In this document: one piece after another, positions 51,001 through 60,225 of the stretch
How positions within the stretch are numbered: the first letter of the stretch is position 1
How the letters are laid out: every line of letters starts with the position of its first letter
Assembly (NCBI GenBank): GCA_963780685.1
Contig: CAWACZ010000012.1
Coordinates: forward strand, 195,238 to 259,237
Source: an uncultured Acidobacteriota bacterium
GTDB taxonomy: Bacteria > Acidobacteriota > Vicinamibacteria > Vicinamibacterales > CAVVIG01
Reading direction: 5' to 3'
Length of the DNA: 64,000 nt
The notes under the pieces: generated by a model
The model's database searches: none
What the model was told of the DNA's origin: nothing
The model's input: only the letters and a program-made list of their open reading frames with translations
Position numbers and translations under genes: made by a program

Positions 51001-51135
51001 CGTCGGCGCCGTCAAATCAGGAAAGACGTCGACCGGCATGGCTCGGGCAGTCCACATACCAGCGCCGGCGAGCACGATCGACAGCGCCAGAACCATCCAG
51101 TGATGATCAATCGACCATTGGATCAGCTTTTTCAT
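48052..51135 (-). CDS. CusA/CzcA-family heavy-metal efflux RND transporter
   Basis: 1027 aa intact; MKKLIQWSIDHHWMVLALSIVLAGAGMW...DVFPDLTAPTV; TM4 motif AIAIGALVDDAIIDVENV; typical 12-TM HME-RND architecture. Confidence 0.95.
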   Translation of the reverse strand: MKKLIQWSIDHHWMVLALSIVLAGAGMWTARAMPVDVFPDLTAPTVTILIEGRGMAPEEMETLVTFPIEAAINGASDVRRVRSATAVGIAVVWVEFDWGTDIFRARQVVAEKLALVGGSLPPQAERPILAPISSIMGEILFFAISSDADDPLTLRTMADTLVRRRLLAVAGVSQVTPIGGSERQFQVVVHPDQLRANNISVNELLNAVRGASQNTSAGIYVEGPQEYVLETIGRARTPADIGDTVVTLHGDRSVLVRDIAEVRVGGALKRGEGSRNGKPAVIVGVQKQPGANTVELTARLDRELDAIQRELSRGMTIDRRIFRQADFIEVAIHNVVNALRDGALLVILIVVLFLANLRAAAITLTAMPLSLAAAVLVLRAFDATINTMTLGGMAIAIGALVDDAIIDVENVVRRLRENAVRPPGEQQAAAAVVCDATLEIRTSIVFATVIIVLVFMPVFGLSGVEGRLLTPLAFAYIVALLASLGVAIIVTPALSYAFLPNAKSILQGHDGWLTRWLKARFAKALPLALDRPRLIVVVAGSLLAAALVATTRMGSAFLPEFNEGSLTVQANTLPGTSLPKSDEIGRRVEQILLAQPEVVATARRTGRAEYDEHVQGVEAAEIDVGLREGGRPRGVLLAELRRGFSALPGTNVTIGQPISHRIDHMLSGTRANIAVKIFGDDLLTLRRLGEQVRDVMVRIPGAVDVSLEQQTEVPVVRFVLNRTAIGRYGLRPNDVAEAVETSFAGARVGRVFDRATAFDIVVKFDPAAQADFDRLAGLPIDTPNSGPVPIRVLADVRRERGPNMIQRENVQRRIVISSNVAGRDLGSVVEDMRATIAAAVSLPAGYRVEYGGQFESEQSASRRLLVLGAGVVVGVFMLLVLAFGQARDALLVMVNLPLALIGGVVGVYLSGGVLSVASMIGFITLFGIATRNGIMLVSHVRHLMEQEGVTDFREAIERGTCERLIPIVMTAMAAGLALIPLAVGGGRAGSEIQTPMAIVILFGLVTSTLLNMFVVPTLYLKYGRLGG

Positions 51136-51159
51136 TGATTACTCCGGGGCCCTGCCCAT

Positions 51160-52704
51160 CTAGTGAACATGGCCTTCGGCGGGCAGCCCAGACGCCGCGG
51201 ACGCTAAGTGCACCTCGTATGCGCCCCGGGTGACGACCCGCTCCCCGGACTTCACACCGCTGGTGATTCCCACCAGGTCGCCATCTTTCGCGGCAATCTC
51301 GATGAACCGGCGCACAAACTTCTCACCTCCAACCTGTACGAACACGTATGGACGGCCGGCCTCCATCAGCACCGCCGCACTCGGGACGCCTGGGACTCGC
51401 TGACGCTCGCGCGCGTACAGGACTGCCGTGCCAGCCTGACCGACCAGCAATTGCTCTCCGGGATTTTCGATCTCCATCTGAAGCCCGAGCGCCTGGGTTC
51501 CTGGATGGATGACGCCGGAATCATGCAGGTGGCGCGGCTCGAGCATGAACGGCGAGGCGATTCCCGGAATTTCGAGCGCGAGTCCGCCGGCCTGGCGCGC
51601 CACTACCACCTCGGCCGACGGAACCTGGACTTCCAACTCGACGCGGTCCGTCCGCACGATCTTGAAGAGCGGAGTCCCTTCATCATAAGAAGCGCCCAGC
51701 GTCGCGTTTACCTCCGCCAATCGACCAGCGATTGGCGCACGCAGCACGAACGCGTTGCCGGCGGCCGCACCGCCACCCGCACGGAGCGTTTCGTCACGTT
51801 GCGCGAGCCGCGCCTCGGCCGCTCGCAGCCGGGCCTCTGCCACAGTGATGGTGCGGCGTGCGTCGTCCACTCGGCGAGCCGGCACCGCCCGCTCGGCGAG
51901 GAGCCGCTCCGCCCGCGCCAGCTCGACGCGCGCGGCTTCGAACGCAGCGCGCGCCTCTGCAACGTCCGCCTCGAGCGTGGCGCGGTCGGCACCCGTGGCG
52001 AGCCGCGGCTCCAGACGTCCAAGGACCTGCCCCGCGCGGACGCGCGTGCCAATCGACAGCAACACGTCGGTGGTGAACCGGCCGGCCGCCGGCGCCGCCA
52101 CCATCGCCTCACCGCCCGGCAGCGGATGCACCGTCGCCGGGACCCGGATTGACGCACGTACCTCCACCTCCTGCACAGGCGTCGTCGCGAATGGATTGGT
52201 CCATTGCTGTTCCTTGAGATACGCGATCGCTGTAGCCGCTTCCGGGGCTGCCTGCTCGCCGCTGGCTCTGGCGGCCCGCTCATCGGCAAAGACCGTGACC
52301 GACCCAAGGTCATGTCGATCGACGAGTCCCGGCACCTCGAGAATCAGCGTCCACCGGTACCGGCCGGCTGGAGGCGGAACGGCTTCAATGCGAAACGCTC
52401 CGGGCCGGGACGGTCGCGGACCCGTCAAGACTGTCGGCTGACCGCCAGCCTCCGGTGTGAACTCGACCCTGGCCTGGCCGTCGGCGACGGGCGCAAAGTC
52501 GGCGAGCCTCGTCAAGTGCACCGCGAAAAGCGCGGAGCGGCCCGCGACGAGCGGTGGGTATTCCATGAACAGCTCGGTCTTGTCGGTCCAATGCGTCACG
52601 TCAAGCGTCGTTACAGCTCCAGGACTCTGAACCGGTGCGGCCCGTCCGCAACCGGCGAAACCAAGCGCACCGAGCAACAGGAGAGCCGTCAGTTTTGCGG
52701 TCAT
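51160..52704 (-). CDS. Efflux RND periplasmic adaptor (CusB/CzcB-like) lipoprotein with long N-terminal extension
   Basis: MTAKLTALLLLGALGFAGCG lipobox; coiled-coil LEADVAEARAAFEAARVELARAERLLAERAVPARRVDDARRTITVAEARLRAAEARL; barrel/MP domains. ATGA overlap with the TolC stop. Confidence 0.9.
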   Translation of the reverse strand: MTAKLTALLLLGALGFAGCGRAAPVQSPGAVTTLDVTHWTDKTELFMEYPPLVAGRSALFAVHLTRLADFAPVADGQARVEFTPEAGGQPTVLTGPRPSRPGAFRIEAVPPPAGRYRWTLILEVPGLVDRHDLGSVTVFADERAARASGEQAAPEAATAIAYLKEQQWTNPFATTPVQEVEVRASIRVPATVHPLPGGEAMVAAPAAGRFTTDVLLSIGTRVRAGQVLGRLEPRLATGADRATLEADVAEARAAFEAARVELARAERLLAERAVPARRVDDARRTITVAEARLRAAEARLAQRDETLRAGGGAAAGNAFVLRAPIAGRLAEVNATLGASYDEGTPLFKIVRTDRVELEVQVPSAEVVVARQAGGLALEIPGIASPFMLEPRHLHDSGVIHPGTQALGLQMEIENPGEQLLVGQAGTAVLYARERQRVPGVPSAAVLMEAGRPYVFVQVGGEKFVRRFIEIAAKDGDLVGITSGVKSGERVVTRGAYEVHLASAASGLPAEGHVH

Positions 52705-53927
52705 TGTGGAATCTCCCAACCACTCGCAAATGTCAGCTCGATCTCAGCTCGTCGTACCGCGAGGTCGAGGGTTGCCTGACGCACGCGCGCGGAGGCACCA
52801 ATCCGATAGGCGTCGAGCAACTCCAAGATGCCCCGTTCACCGGCGTCGTAGCTCACCTGCGCAATCCGTTCAATCTGGGCGGCGCTGTTCAAGGCGTCGG
52901 ACCGATACCGCTCGGCCACCATGCGTCGCTGAATGACCGCCTCGCGAAGCGCGGCCACCTCTCCGCGAAGGACGAGACGAAATGACGAAGCACGCGAGTT
53001 CGCCTGAGCCATCCGTGCCTGGGCGAGCGCGCGTTCCGCTGCCGATCGATCGAACAGCGGGATCGTCGCGCGGACGGTGATGACGCTGCCGACATCTCCA
53101 CCGCCGAGGTTCGACGACTTGGTGCCGGCGACGATCTCCGGCTCGGGCACGCGCCGACGGTCGGCGGCCTGAGCCGCGAACTCCGCCGACTCGAGGTCGT
53201 GCCGCAGCGCGACGAGCTCACCGCGCGTCGATTCCGCGTGCCCGAGTAGTGTCTCGAGTGCCGGGATCGCGGCCGCGGACGGCCCGCCGGGCAGCGCCAC
53301 GAGCAGAGAGGCGTCCGTGCCGTCGCCGAAGTAGCTCGCCAGCCTCGCCTGGGCGCTTGCTCGTTCGATGACCACCAGCGCCCGGTCGGCCTCGATGTCG
53401 AGCGCCTCGCGCTCGGCACGAAGACGATCGAATCCCGCGGCATCACCAGCGTTCTCACGTTTCGCCAGGGCGTCCGCCAGTTCGCGAAGACAATCCCATG
53501 CGCTCGTCAGCTCACGCTCCCGCGCCTGGGCCGCCACGAGGTCTGCGAAGGCGAGTCGCAGCTCCGTGCGAAGGCGCCGGACCCCATCATCGGCACGGCT
53601 CGAGCTGGCCGACACCAGCGCCTCCGCTGAATGCACGTCCAGCCCGCGGCGTCCGGTGATGGGCAGCACCTGCGACACCGTCGTGAGGTACTCGGTGACT
53701 CCCGCCACCGACTCGCGTGTCAGGCCCGGTTGCGGATTTGGCCATCGCCCTGCAGTCAGGACATCAACCCGCGCCATGTCAACAGCCGTGCGGATTGCCC
53801 GCACGCGAGGACTGTCTGACGAGAGTCGCGCCAAGGCATCGGACTCGGTCAACGTCAACGTTTGCGCGCCGACACCGAGCGGCATCCACACCACCGCCAG
53901 GGCGGCGCAGAGCACATCTCTGCGCAT
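52701..53927 (-). CDS. TolC-family outer-membrane efflux protein
   Basis: 408 aa; signal peptide MRRDVLCAALAVVWMPLGVGAQ; two repeats of a coiled-coil/beta pattern typical of OEP. Confidence 0.9.
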   Translation of the reverse strand: MRRDVLCAALAVVWMPLGVGAQTLTLTESDALARLSSDSPRVRAIRTAVDMARVDVLTAGRWPNPQPGLTRESVAGVTEYLTTVSQVLPITGRRGLDVHSAEALVSASSSRADDGVRRLRTELRLAFADLVAAQARERELTSAWDCLRELADALAKRENAGDAAGFDRLRAEREALDIEADRALVVIERASAQARLASYFGDGTDASLLVALPGGPSAAAIPALETLLGHAESTRGELVALRHDLESAEFAAQAADRRRVPEPEIVAGTKSSNLGGGDVGSVITVRATIPLFDRSAAERALAQARMAQANSRASSFRLVLRGEVAALREAVIQRRMVAERYRSDALNSAAQIERIAQVSYDAGERGILELLDAYRIGASARVRQATLDLAVRRAEIELTFASGWEIPQ

Positions 53928-53983
53928 AACACCTCGAATGAACGGATCACGAGATAGACGACGGAAAGGTCCGTCAGATCAGA

Positions 53984-54373
53984 TCAGGCGGATAAACGAG
54001 GAGGGCCGCGGAGGGAAAGACAGGCTCTCGGAGGACCGTGTGGGGGCGCCGTATCGTAATCAGGTGGCGATGCCCACTCGGCCAACGCAGGGACCGATTC
54101 AGGCCATGCGGTCGCCGGCAAGGCCGGGACCGTCAACTGGTAACCGGGCTGGAACCTTGCCACCCCATCCAGCCAGACGACGTGGTCATCGTCGTCGGCA
54201 AGCTCGGGGTGGTCGCGGTCGTGCGCCGCGATTGAATGAAGCTGCACATGTCGATGCACAGCCGCCGGTGCATGGTCGTCATGCTCGTGAAGGTGCGCGG
54301 GTGCCATCGCGGAGAGCGCGATGTATGGAGCCAGAAGCACGCTCACGGCGAGCCGGCCGAAGGAAGGTTTCAC
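53984..54373 (-). CDS. His/Asp-rich exported hypothetical protein (possible metal-binding accessory)
   Basis: GTG 54373 VKPSFGRLAVSVLLAPYIALSAMAPAHLHEHDDHAPAAVHRHVQLHSIAAHDRDHPELADDDDHVVW...PPHGPPRACLSLRGPP. Sits directly upstream of the TolC gene. Confidence 0.5.
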   Translation of the reverse strand: MKPSFGRLAVSVLLAPYIALSAMAPAHLHEHDDHAPAAVHRHVQLHSIAAHDRDHPELADDDDHVVWLDGVARFQPGYQLTVPALPATAWPESVPALAEWASPPDYDTAPPHGPPRACLSLRGPPRLSA

Positions 54374-54443
54374 GCTTCCGTGATTATCGCCACCGGGCGA
54401 ACGCCTCGTCAAATGGCGCTGCTTTGTCAGGCGCCGAGCCGAA

Positions 54444-54908
54444 TCACCGAAGTGAACGCTCGACGGTGAAGTTCCGCATCGTCCCTCGGGCGTCCACGTA
54501 CGCAATGTCCGCTGACACCGAGCGCGGATACACACCGCACGGGAACTGCGGCTGAAAACTGAACGGCCTCGACGTCCCGGCTACGACGAGCGTCGAACCG
54601 AACTGGCGCGTCAACCCCGGCTTGGGCACGGACACCATCGGCCCGCCCAAAGACGAGCCGTCGATCAATTGGATGGTGACTCGATCGACGTCCACGGTTT
54701 CGAATGCCGAGATGACGATGGTAAACGGGAACGTCACGTTCGGATTGCCGACACAGTCGTTGGGCGAAAAGAAAGGCGGCTGACTGATGGTGGCCGCGAC
54801 GGCCGGCGATGGCGCAAAGACGACAGGCACGCCCGTGCGCACGGCATCGTCATCGCACGCGGACAGGGCGAACGCGAGCACGGCACACGCGATTGTCGGA
54901 CGGAGCAT
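54444..54908 (-). CDS. Hypothetical lipoprotein, first gene of the RND operon
   Basis: MLRPTIACAVLAFALSACDDD lipobox, followed by a beta-rich 150-aa body. No family recognised. Confidence 0.55.
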   Translation of the reverse strand: MLRPTIACAVLAFALSACDDDAVRTGVPVVFAPSPAVAATISQPPFFSPNDCVGNPNVTFPFTIVISAFETVDVDRVTIQLIDGSSLGGPMVSVPKPGLTRQFGSTLVVAGTSRPFSFQPQFPCGVYPRSVSADIAYVDARGTMRNFTVERSLR

Positions 54909-55280
54909 CGGCTTGGTCTGCAATTGGTCGGCTGGCATGAGTGCTCTTCCTTTCTGCATTTGCGTGCGCGATCAGCGTCGACGTTTGTCGCGGGCGCTGA
55001 TTGTGCAGCAATTTGCACTCATGCGCTAAACAATAAATTCACGGGAAATGAGGAGTGAACTCGTCGCCGAGCTTCCGGCGATTGCAGAAATGTATTTTTG
55101 AGATCGCGACGGACCGGAGCTTTTCCGATGTCGAGTGGAATACTTCGTGGCTGTGGATTATGTGGCGACGAACGCGTCGGGACGGCCATCTGTTTGCCGC
55201 TCGCAGGTAGAACATCTCCGCGGAGTGGCAGCTGACATTTTCGTCAGCGTCTCATCGATGGCGTTTCAAACGGATTGAAT

Positions 55281-55311
55281 CCCGCACGGACCGCGAAGCG
55301 GCCCGTGCGGG
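55281..55311. terminator. Strong GC hairpin (about 13 bp stem, GAA loop), probable intrinsic terminator of the 55360-57524 gene
   Basis: CCCGCACGGaCCGC-GAA-GCGGcCCGTGCGGG, 49 nt downstream of the minus-strand stop at 55360. No clean U-tract. Confidence 0.5.
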
Positions 55312-55359
55312 AGTAGGATGAGTCGTGACCGTGGATTATATGGCGGGAATCGAGCGCGT

Positions 55360-57524
55360 CTACTTCGCCAGTGGATCCGGTCGCAACTGGAAGTGCGCGG
55401 CCAGCGGGCGCGTACCCTTCCCGCCTTCGACGAGCCACGGCGTACGGTCGCCGTTGGCGGCCCACAACCCACGTCCTTTCCAGCCCGCGTTCGGATCGTC
55501 GATGCGTCCGTCGAAGCCCTTCGCATAGAAGCCAAGCGGATACGGCACGCGGAGCACGACCATGCGGCCGCCCGCGTACGCGATGATGCCGTCGTTCAGA
55601 TTTCCTGTAGACATCGGCACATCATTCCCCAGCCCGAACGTGTTGTGCTGGTCGACCCACGAGTAGTAGCTCGACTCGGCGCTGTTCTCGCCGATGCCCC
55701 GGAACCCTGGACCGGGTACTGATGGAACGACCAGCCTTCGGGGCAGTGATCGCCGGTGGCATTGGGTCCGTTGAGCGGCGCCTTGCACTTGCGGCGATCG
55801 AAGCTGCCGATGTGGCCGCTGCCGAGCGACACCCACACCACGCCCTGGCGGTCGATGTCCGCGCCACGCGCGCCGAAGCCCGGCATCGGCACGCGATAAA
55901 TCTCGGCCAGCGCAGTGCTGGGCGGGTTCGAACCGGGCGCGAGCCTCACGACGGCGCCCGGAACGCCAAGAGTCGAGCCCCACACGGAACCGTCAGCCGG
56001 GCTCGGCATCACGGCATAGAACGGGGAAATGAGGCGCGTGTCCTTGGTCGGGTCGGGCGGATCGTTGCCCTCGACATAGGCATCGCGTTTGCCGTTGCCG
56101 TTGGTGTCGAGGACGAGCACCGTCCAGCCCTGTGATTTCGCGGCATCGCCGGTCTCGAGGAACATCTTCGAGTTCAACCACCCGACGACCGGGCCACCGC
56201 CACTCGTCCAGAGCGTGTCGTTGCCGTCGTAACCAAACTGGAGATGATGCGTCGAGAAGCAGGTATCGACGTACGAGTATTTCTGCGTCTTCGGATCGAA
56301 CACTGCCAGATGACGGACCGCGCGGTCCATCGGAAACGCCTTCGCCGATGGATGATCCGAGCCCTGCTTACAGAAGGCCGGGTTGTCCGCGCCACGAACC
56401 GAGGCGGCCAGCCAGAGCTTTCCGTCGCGGCCGAACATCGAGTTGTGGTTGTTGACCCGCGTTTCCCAGATCCGCTCGTTACCCCAGTACGGCGACGGCA
56501 TCGTCGGATCGAGCCCGGCGGCGTGGCCCGGCCCAAGGTTGAGCGGCATCTCCGGGTCGCGCACGGGCGCCTTGAACGTCGTGGCGACATTCTTCACTGG
56601 GTCGAGGATCGGGATGAGATCGGAGCTGTACTCCGGCGATCCGTACACCGGTCCGTAAGCGTTCACATTGGGATGGCGCCGGTCGCTCGCGATCAAGTCG
56701 TGGAGGTACTGCTTGTCGTTCATCCAGTCGCGCAGCGTGACGACGATGTTCCGCTCCACGCCTTGCGGTCGAGGAGGCTTGGCGAACGGCAGCTCACCCT
56801 TGGCGATGCGATCGGTCCAGTCGCCGTAGCTCGCGAACGACACGTCGCCGAGGCCCGTCAGCTGTCCGAGCATCATCTGGCCCGCCTGACCCGACTGCAC
56901 GCGCCGGCGCCAGGCGTCGGCCGGGGACGTGAAGTTGCCGAGGGCAGCCGGAATCGTGCGCGTAGACTCCTGACCGAGCTGATGACACCCGATGCAGCCG
57001 GTGTTCTTCATCGCGCTGATCCAGTTCGTCTGCGTCAGACGAGCCGGAATGCTGCTCGTGCCGCCAAACTGGTCCGCGGCAGGAATCTTGAGCATCGAGT
57101 ACCAATAGATTGCGGGATAGTAGTGGGCCGCGGCCGCCTCGTTGGGCGCCACCGTCGCCGTGATGTTCAGCTGTTGTCCAGGCTTCGCGGTCGCTTTCGC
57201 ACTGTCGACGAGGCCGTACCCTCGCGCCCACACCTGGTAGGCCGCCTGTGGCAGATCCGGCAAGACGTAGCGGCCGCGGTCGTCTGTGACGACGCTCTTG
57301 ATGTAGCGGACCGGCAGATCGCGCGTCTCGGCGATCACCCAGACCCCGGCCTCCGGACCTTTCGGCCCGCTGACCACGCCGCCGATGTCATCGCGATCGA
57401 TCGCGACCTCGCTCGCCGGCTGCTGCGCCTGGGAAGTGGTCAGAAAAAGGAATGAGCTCAGAACGGTGCCGACGCCGAGGCCTCCAAGGCCGATGAGCGA
57501 GCGGATGAGTCGACTGCTTGGCAT
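55360..57524 (-). CDS. Secreted CarboxypepD_reg-like domain protein with a CxxCH heme-binding motif; apparent frameshift near 55720
   Basis: MPSSRLIRSLIGLGGLGVGTVLSSFLFL; GGVVSGPKGPEAGVWVIAETRDLPVRYIKSVVTDDRGRYVLPDLPQAAYQVWARGYG; NTGCIGCHQLG. The C-terminal 120 aa (PGFRGIGENSAESSYYSWVDQHN...HFQLRPDPLAK*) lie in ORF 55360..55983, another phase. Confidence 0.8.
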
Positions 57525-57590
57525 GGCTGACGCTCCTGATGCGATATGACGGGCCGATGGTAGCACGGGCCGGGAAGGCGCACTCGAAGG

Positions 57591-57830
57591 TCAGGACTGG
57601 TTCCGAAGCTCGTTTTCCAGCGCCTGAATGGCCTGATCCAGCATCCGGCGATGATGCAGATTCCTCGCGGCTTCGCGTTCCACCCGCGCCTTCGAAAGCG
57701 CCAGCTCAACGCTGCGACGTTTCGCTTCCGCCTCCCGCTCCGCCGGGGTGAGGGATCGTCCCGTCGCTTTCGAGCGGCTTGCTTCGGCCTGCTGGAATTC
57801 GACGTCTTTGCTCTCGAACCCACGTGCCAT
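57591..57830 (-). CDS. Small charged coiled-coil hypothetical protein (79 aa)
   Basis: MARGFESKDVEFQQAEASRSKATGRSLTPAEREAEAKRRSVELALSKARVEREAARNLHHRRMLDQAIQALENELRNQS. Only ORF logic supports this call. Confidence 0.45.
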   Translation of the reverse strand: MARGFESKDVEFQQAEASRSKATGRSLTPAEREAEAKRRSVELALSKARVEREAARNLHHRRMLDQAIQALENELRNQS

Positions 57831-57903
57831 TCGGACCAGCCTAAAGAGTGCAATGCAGTAAAGCCCTATGCAAGACGACCGATTGTAGTGCGATCATCTG
57901 CCC

Positions 57904-58644
57904 GTGCCCATGACGCTCGACCCACAGGACGTCCGCGTCCACTACAGCCTCACCGGGGAAGTCGATGCGGAAGGCCGTGACGCCGCGATGCAGACGCTCT
58001 CGTCAACCGAGCGCGATCGTGCAAACCGCCTTGTTTTCGAGCGCGATCGGCTGCAGTTCATCGTCGCGCACGGGCTGCTTCGACGAGCGCTGTCGACGTA
58101 CGCAGCCGTGGAGCCGAAGGCCTGGCGGTTCGTCGCAAATCAGTTCGGAAAGCCCGCGCTCGCCGATGACTTCGCGTCAACGAACATCGCGTTCAATCTG
58201 GCTCATACCGACGGGTTGGCGGCGTGTGTCATCACTCGAGGTGACGATGTGGGGATTGACGTCGAAGCGACCGACAGACGCACTCAGCCACTTGAACTAG
58301 CCACTCGGTACTTCTCGCCGCTCGAGGTCGCCGACCTCCACGCGTGTCCCGAGAGCGAGCGCCAGGTTCGCTTCATCGAGATCTGGACGCTCAAAGAAGC
58401 GTACGTGAAGGCCGTCGGCATGGGACTCTCGCACCCCCTGCAAACGTTCAGCTTCCGATTCGACGGGGAATCGTCCATTTGCTTCGAGCCTTCGACACCG
58501 AGCGAATCGCCGTGGGGGTTCAGGCTATTCGCGCCATCCGGCCGACACCGGTTGGCAGTTGCCGTCCGCGGCAGATCCCATCGCATCATCCCCACACCCA
58601 GCTCCGACGGGCCACCCGCCGCGCTTCTTCGTACGTCGGTGTGA
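57904..58644 (+). CDS. Sfp-type 4'-phosphopantetheinyl transferase
   Basis: FIVAHGLLRRALS...GKPAL...FNLAHTDGLAACVI..GIDVE...FIEIWTLKEAYVKAVGMGL, the classic PPTase motifs. Confidence 0.85.
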   Translation: MPMTLDPQDVRVHYSLTGEVDAEGRDAAMQTLSSTERDRANRLVFERDRLQFIVAHGLLRRALSTYAAVEPKAWRFVANQFGKPALADDFASTNIAFNLAHTDGLAACVITRGDDVGIDVEATDRRTQPLELATRYFSPLEVADLHACPESERQVRFIEIWTLKEAYVKAVGMGLSHPLQTFSFRFDGESSICFEPSTPSESPWGFRLFAPSGRHRLAVAVRGRSHRIIPTPSSDGPPAALLRTSV

Positions 58645-58792
58645 CTTCGACGTCGTGCGTTCAACCAATCGCGGTTCGCCGGGTCGTATTTATCGCGAAC
58701 CGCGGCGCGTATAATTTCAACGTCTTCACCATGCCGCTCGCTCCGGGCAGCCGTCTTGCCCCGTACGAGATCGTGGTCCGAAGGAGGGCTCG

Positions 58793-60202
58793 ATGCGACG
58801 GCAGGCGCTGATGATCGGGTATGCGGTGGCCGCTTCGATCATCGTGCAAGGATCGGCACAGCGGACGACGACGCCTGCCGTTGCAACGCTCTATGAGGGC
58901 GCCAGACTCATCACGGGCGACGGGACAGCGCCCACCGAACGCTCGGCTTTCCTCGTCGAAAGCGGGCACTTCACTCGCGTCGGACGTCGCGGCGAACTAC
59001 AAGCCCCAGCGGACGCGGTCCGCATCGACCTGACAGGCAAGACCGTCATTCCAGCGCTTGTCGATGGCCACTCGCACATCGGTTACATGAACAACATGAC
59101 GAGCGGGGCCATGAACTACACCCGCGAGAACATCCTCGACCACATGCACCGCTTCGCGTACTTCGGCGTCGCGGCCAGCCAGGCCATGGGCACGGACTTC
59201 GGCGAGCTGCCGTTCCAACTGCGCGACGAAATCATGGCGGGGAAACATCCCGATGCTGCCCGCTTCCTGACAGCTGGCCGAGGCCTCTCGCCACTCGAGG
59301 AGATCAGCCCTGACAACATGCGACAGGCGGCATTTCCGATCACAACGGTCGCAGGCGCTCGCGCGTCGGTGCAGGAGCTGGTGCCTCGAAGGGTCAGGTT
59401 GATCAAAACGTGGGTCGACGACCGCGGTGGCGCCGTGAAAACGTTGACCCCCGATCTCTACACCGCCATCCTTGACGAAGCACACAAGAATGGCCTGCGC
59501 GTGGCCGTCCACGCAACCGACCCCAGAGTCGCGAAAGATCTGCTGCGCGCCGGCATCGACGTCTTCGCCCACATGATCAGTGAAGTGGACAACGAACTGG
59601 TGGCGCTGTTCAAGCAGCGTCCGAACGTCGCCGTGCTGTCGGCCCTCGGCGGGCCCCACCGCGCCGTCTACGCACCGTGGCTGGACCCGGTGCATCCGCT
59701 CATCCTCGAGACGGTGCGGCCGGAGCAGATCAAGCGGCTGCAGGGGCGGTTTCCGATCAGGAATCCCGAGCAGCTCGCGCGGTCGCAAGCCGCGTGGGAG
59801 CGGCTGGCCAGCGGCATCAAGCGGCTGAGCGACGCCGGAGTCAAGATCGGCGTCGGCACCGACGGCGGCGGTCAACAGGGCGACCAGTTCATCGGCTGGA
59901 CGATGCATGCGGAGCTGGAGAACTTGGTGATGGCGGGCATCAGCCCGGCCAAGGCGATCGTGGCAGCGACCAGCACGGCGGCCGAGATTCTCGGACAAGA
60001 CGATCTCGGCATGATTGCCGCGGGCAAGAGCGCAGACTTCGTGGTCCTCGACGCCAACCCGCTTGACGACATCAGAAGCACTCGCAGGATTTCTCAGGTG
60101 TTTTTGCGAGGGCGACAGGTCGATCGAGAGCGGCTGAAAAGAGGTTGGGCGACACCGGGCAGCCAGGGCCACGGCTTGAACCCCTCTTCAGTGGACCGCT
60201 GA
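58793..60202 (+). CDS. Secreted amidohydrolase-family (imidazolonepropionase/prolidase-like) protein
   Basis: SD GAAGGAGG at 58780-58787; signal peptide; TVIPALVDGHSHIG; VAVHA; GVGTDGGG; ADFVVLDANPLDDI. Confidence 0.85.
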   Translation: MRRQALMIGYAVAASIIVQGSAQRTTTPAVATLYEGARLITGDGTAPTERSAFLVESGHFTRVGRRGELQAPADAVRIDLTGKTVIPALVDGHSHIGYMNNMTSGAMNYTRENILDHMHRFAYFGVAASQAMGTDFGELPFQLRDEIMAGKHPDAARFLTAGRGLSPLEEISPDNMRQAAFPITTVAGARASVQELVPRRVRLIKTWVDDRGGAVKTLTPDLYTAILDEAHKNGLRVAVHATDPRVAKDLLRAGIDVFAHMISEVDNELVALFKQRPNVAVLSALGGPHRAVYAPWLDPVHPLILETVRPEQIKRLQGRFPIRNPEQLARSQAAWERLASGIKRLSDAGVKIGVGTDGGGQQGDQFIGWTMHAELENLVMAGISPAKAIVAATSTAAEILGQDDLGMIAAGKSADFVVLDANPLDDIRSTRRISQVFLRGRQVDRERLKRGWATPGSQGHGLNPSSVDR

Positions 60203-60225
60203 TACCGAGACGCCGAACGCCATCG

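Noticed and set aside
55128-55235. 35-codon Cys-containing ORF (MSSGILRGCGLCGDERVGTAICLPLAGRTSPRSGS) in the AT-rich intergenic region
   Set aside because: It has no SD and no recognisable family. It overlaps the duplicated motif, which suggests a non-coding origin. It is mentioned only under the intergenic finding.
55281-55311. Strong hairpin considered as a SECIS element for a TGA at about 55233
   Set aside because: It lies about 45 nt from that TGA, and the upstream ORF is not credible. Its position 49 nt after the stop of the 55360-57524 gene fits a terminator better.
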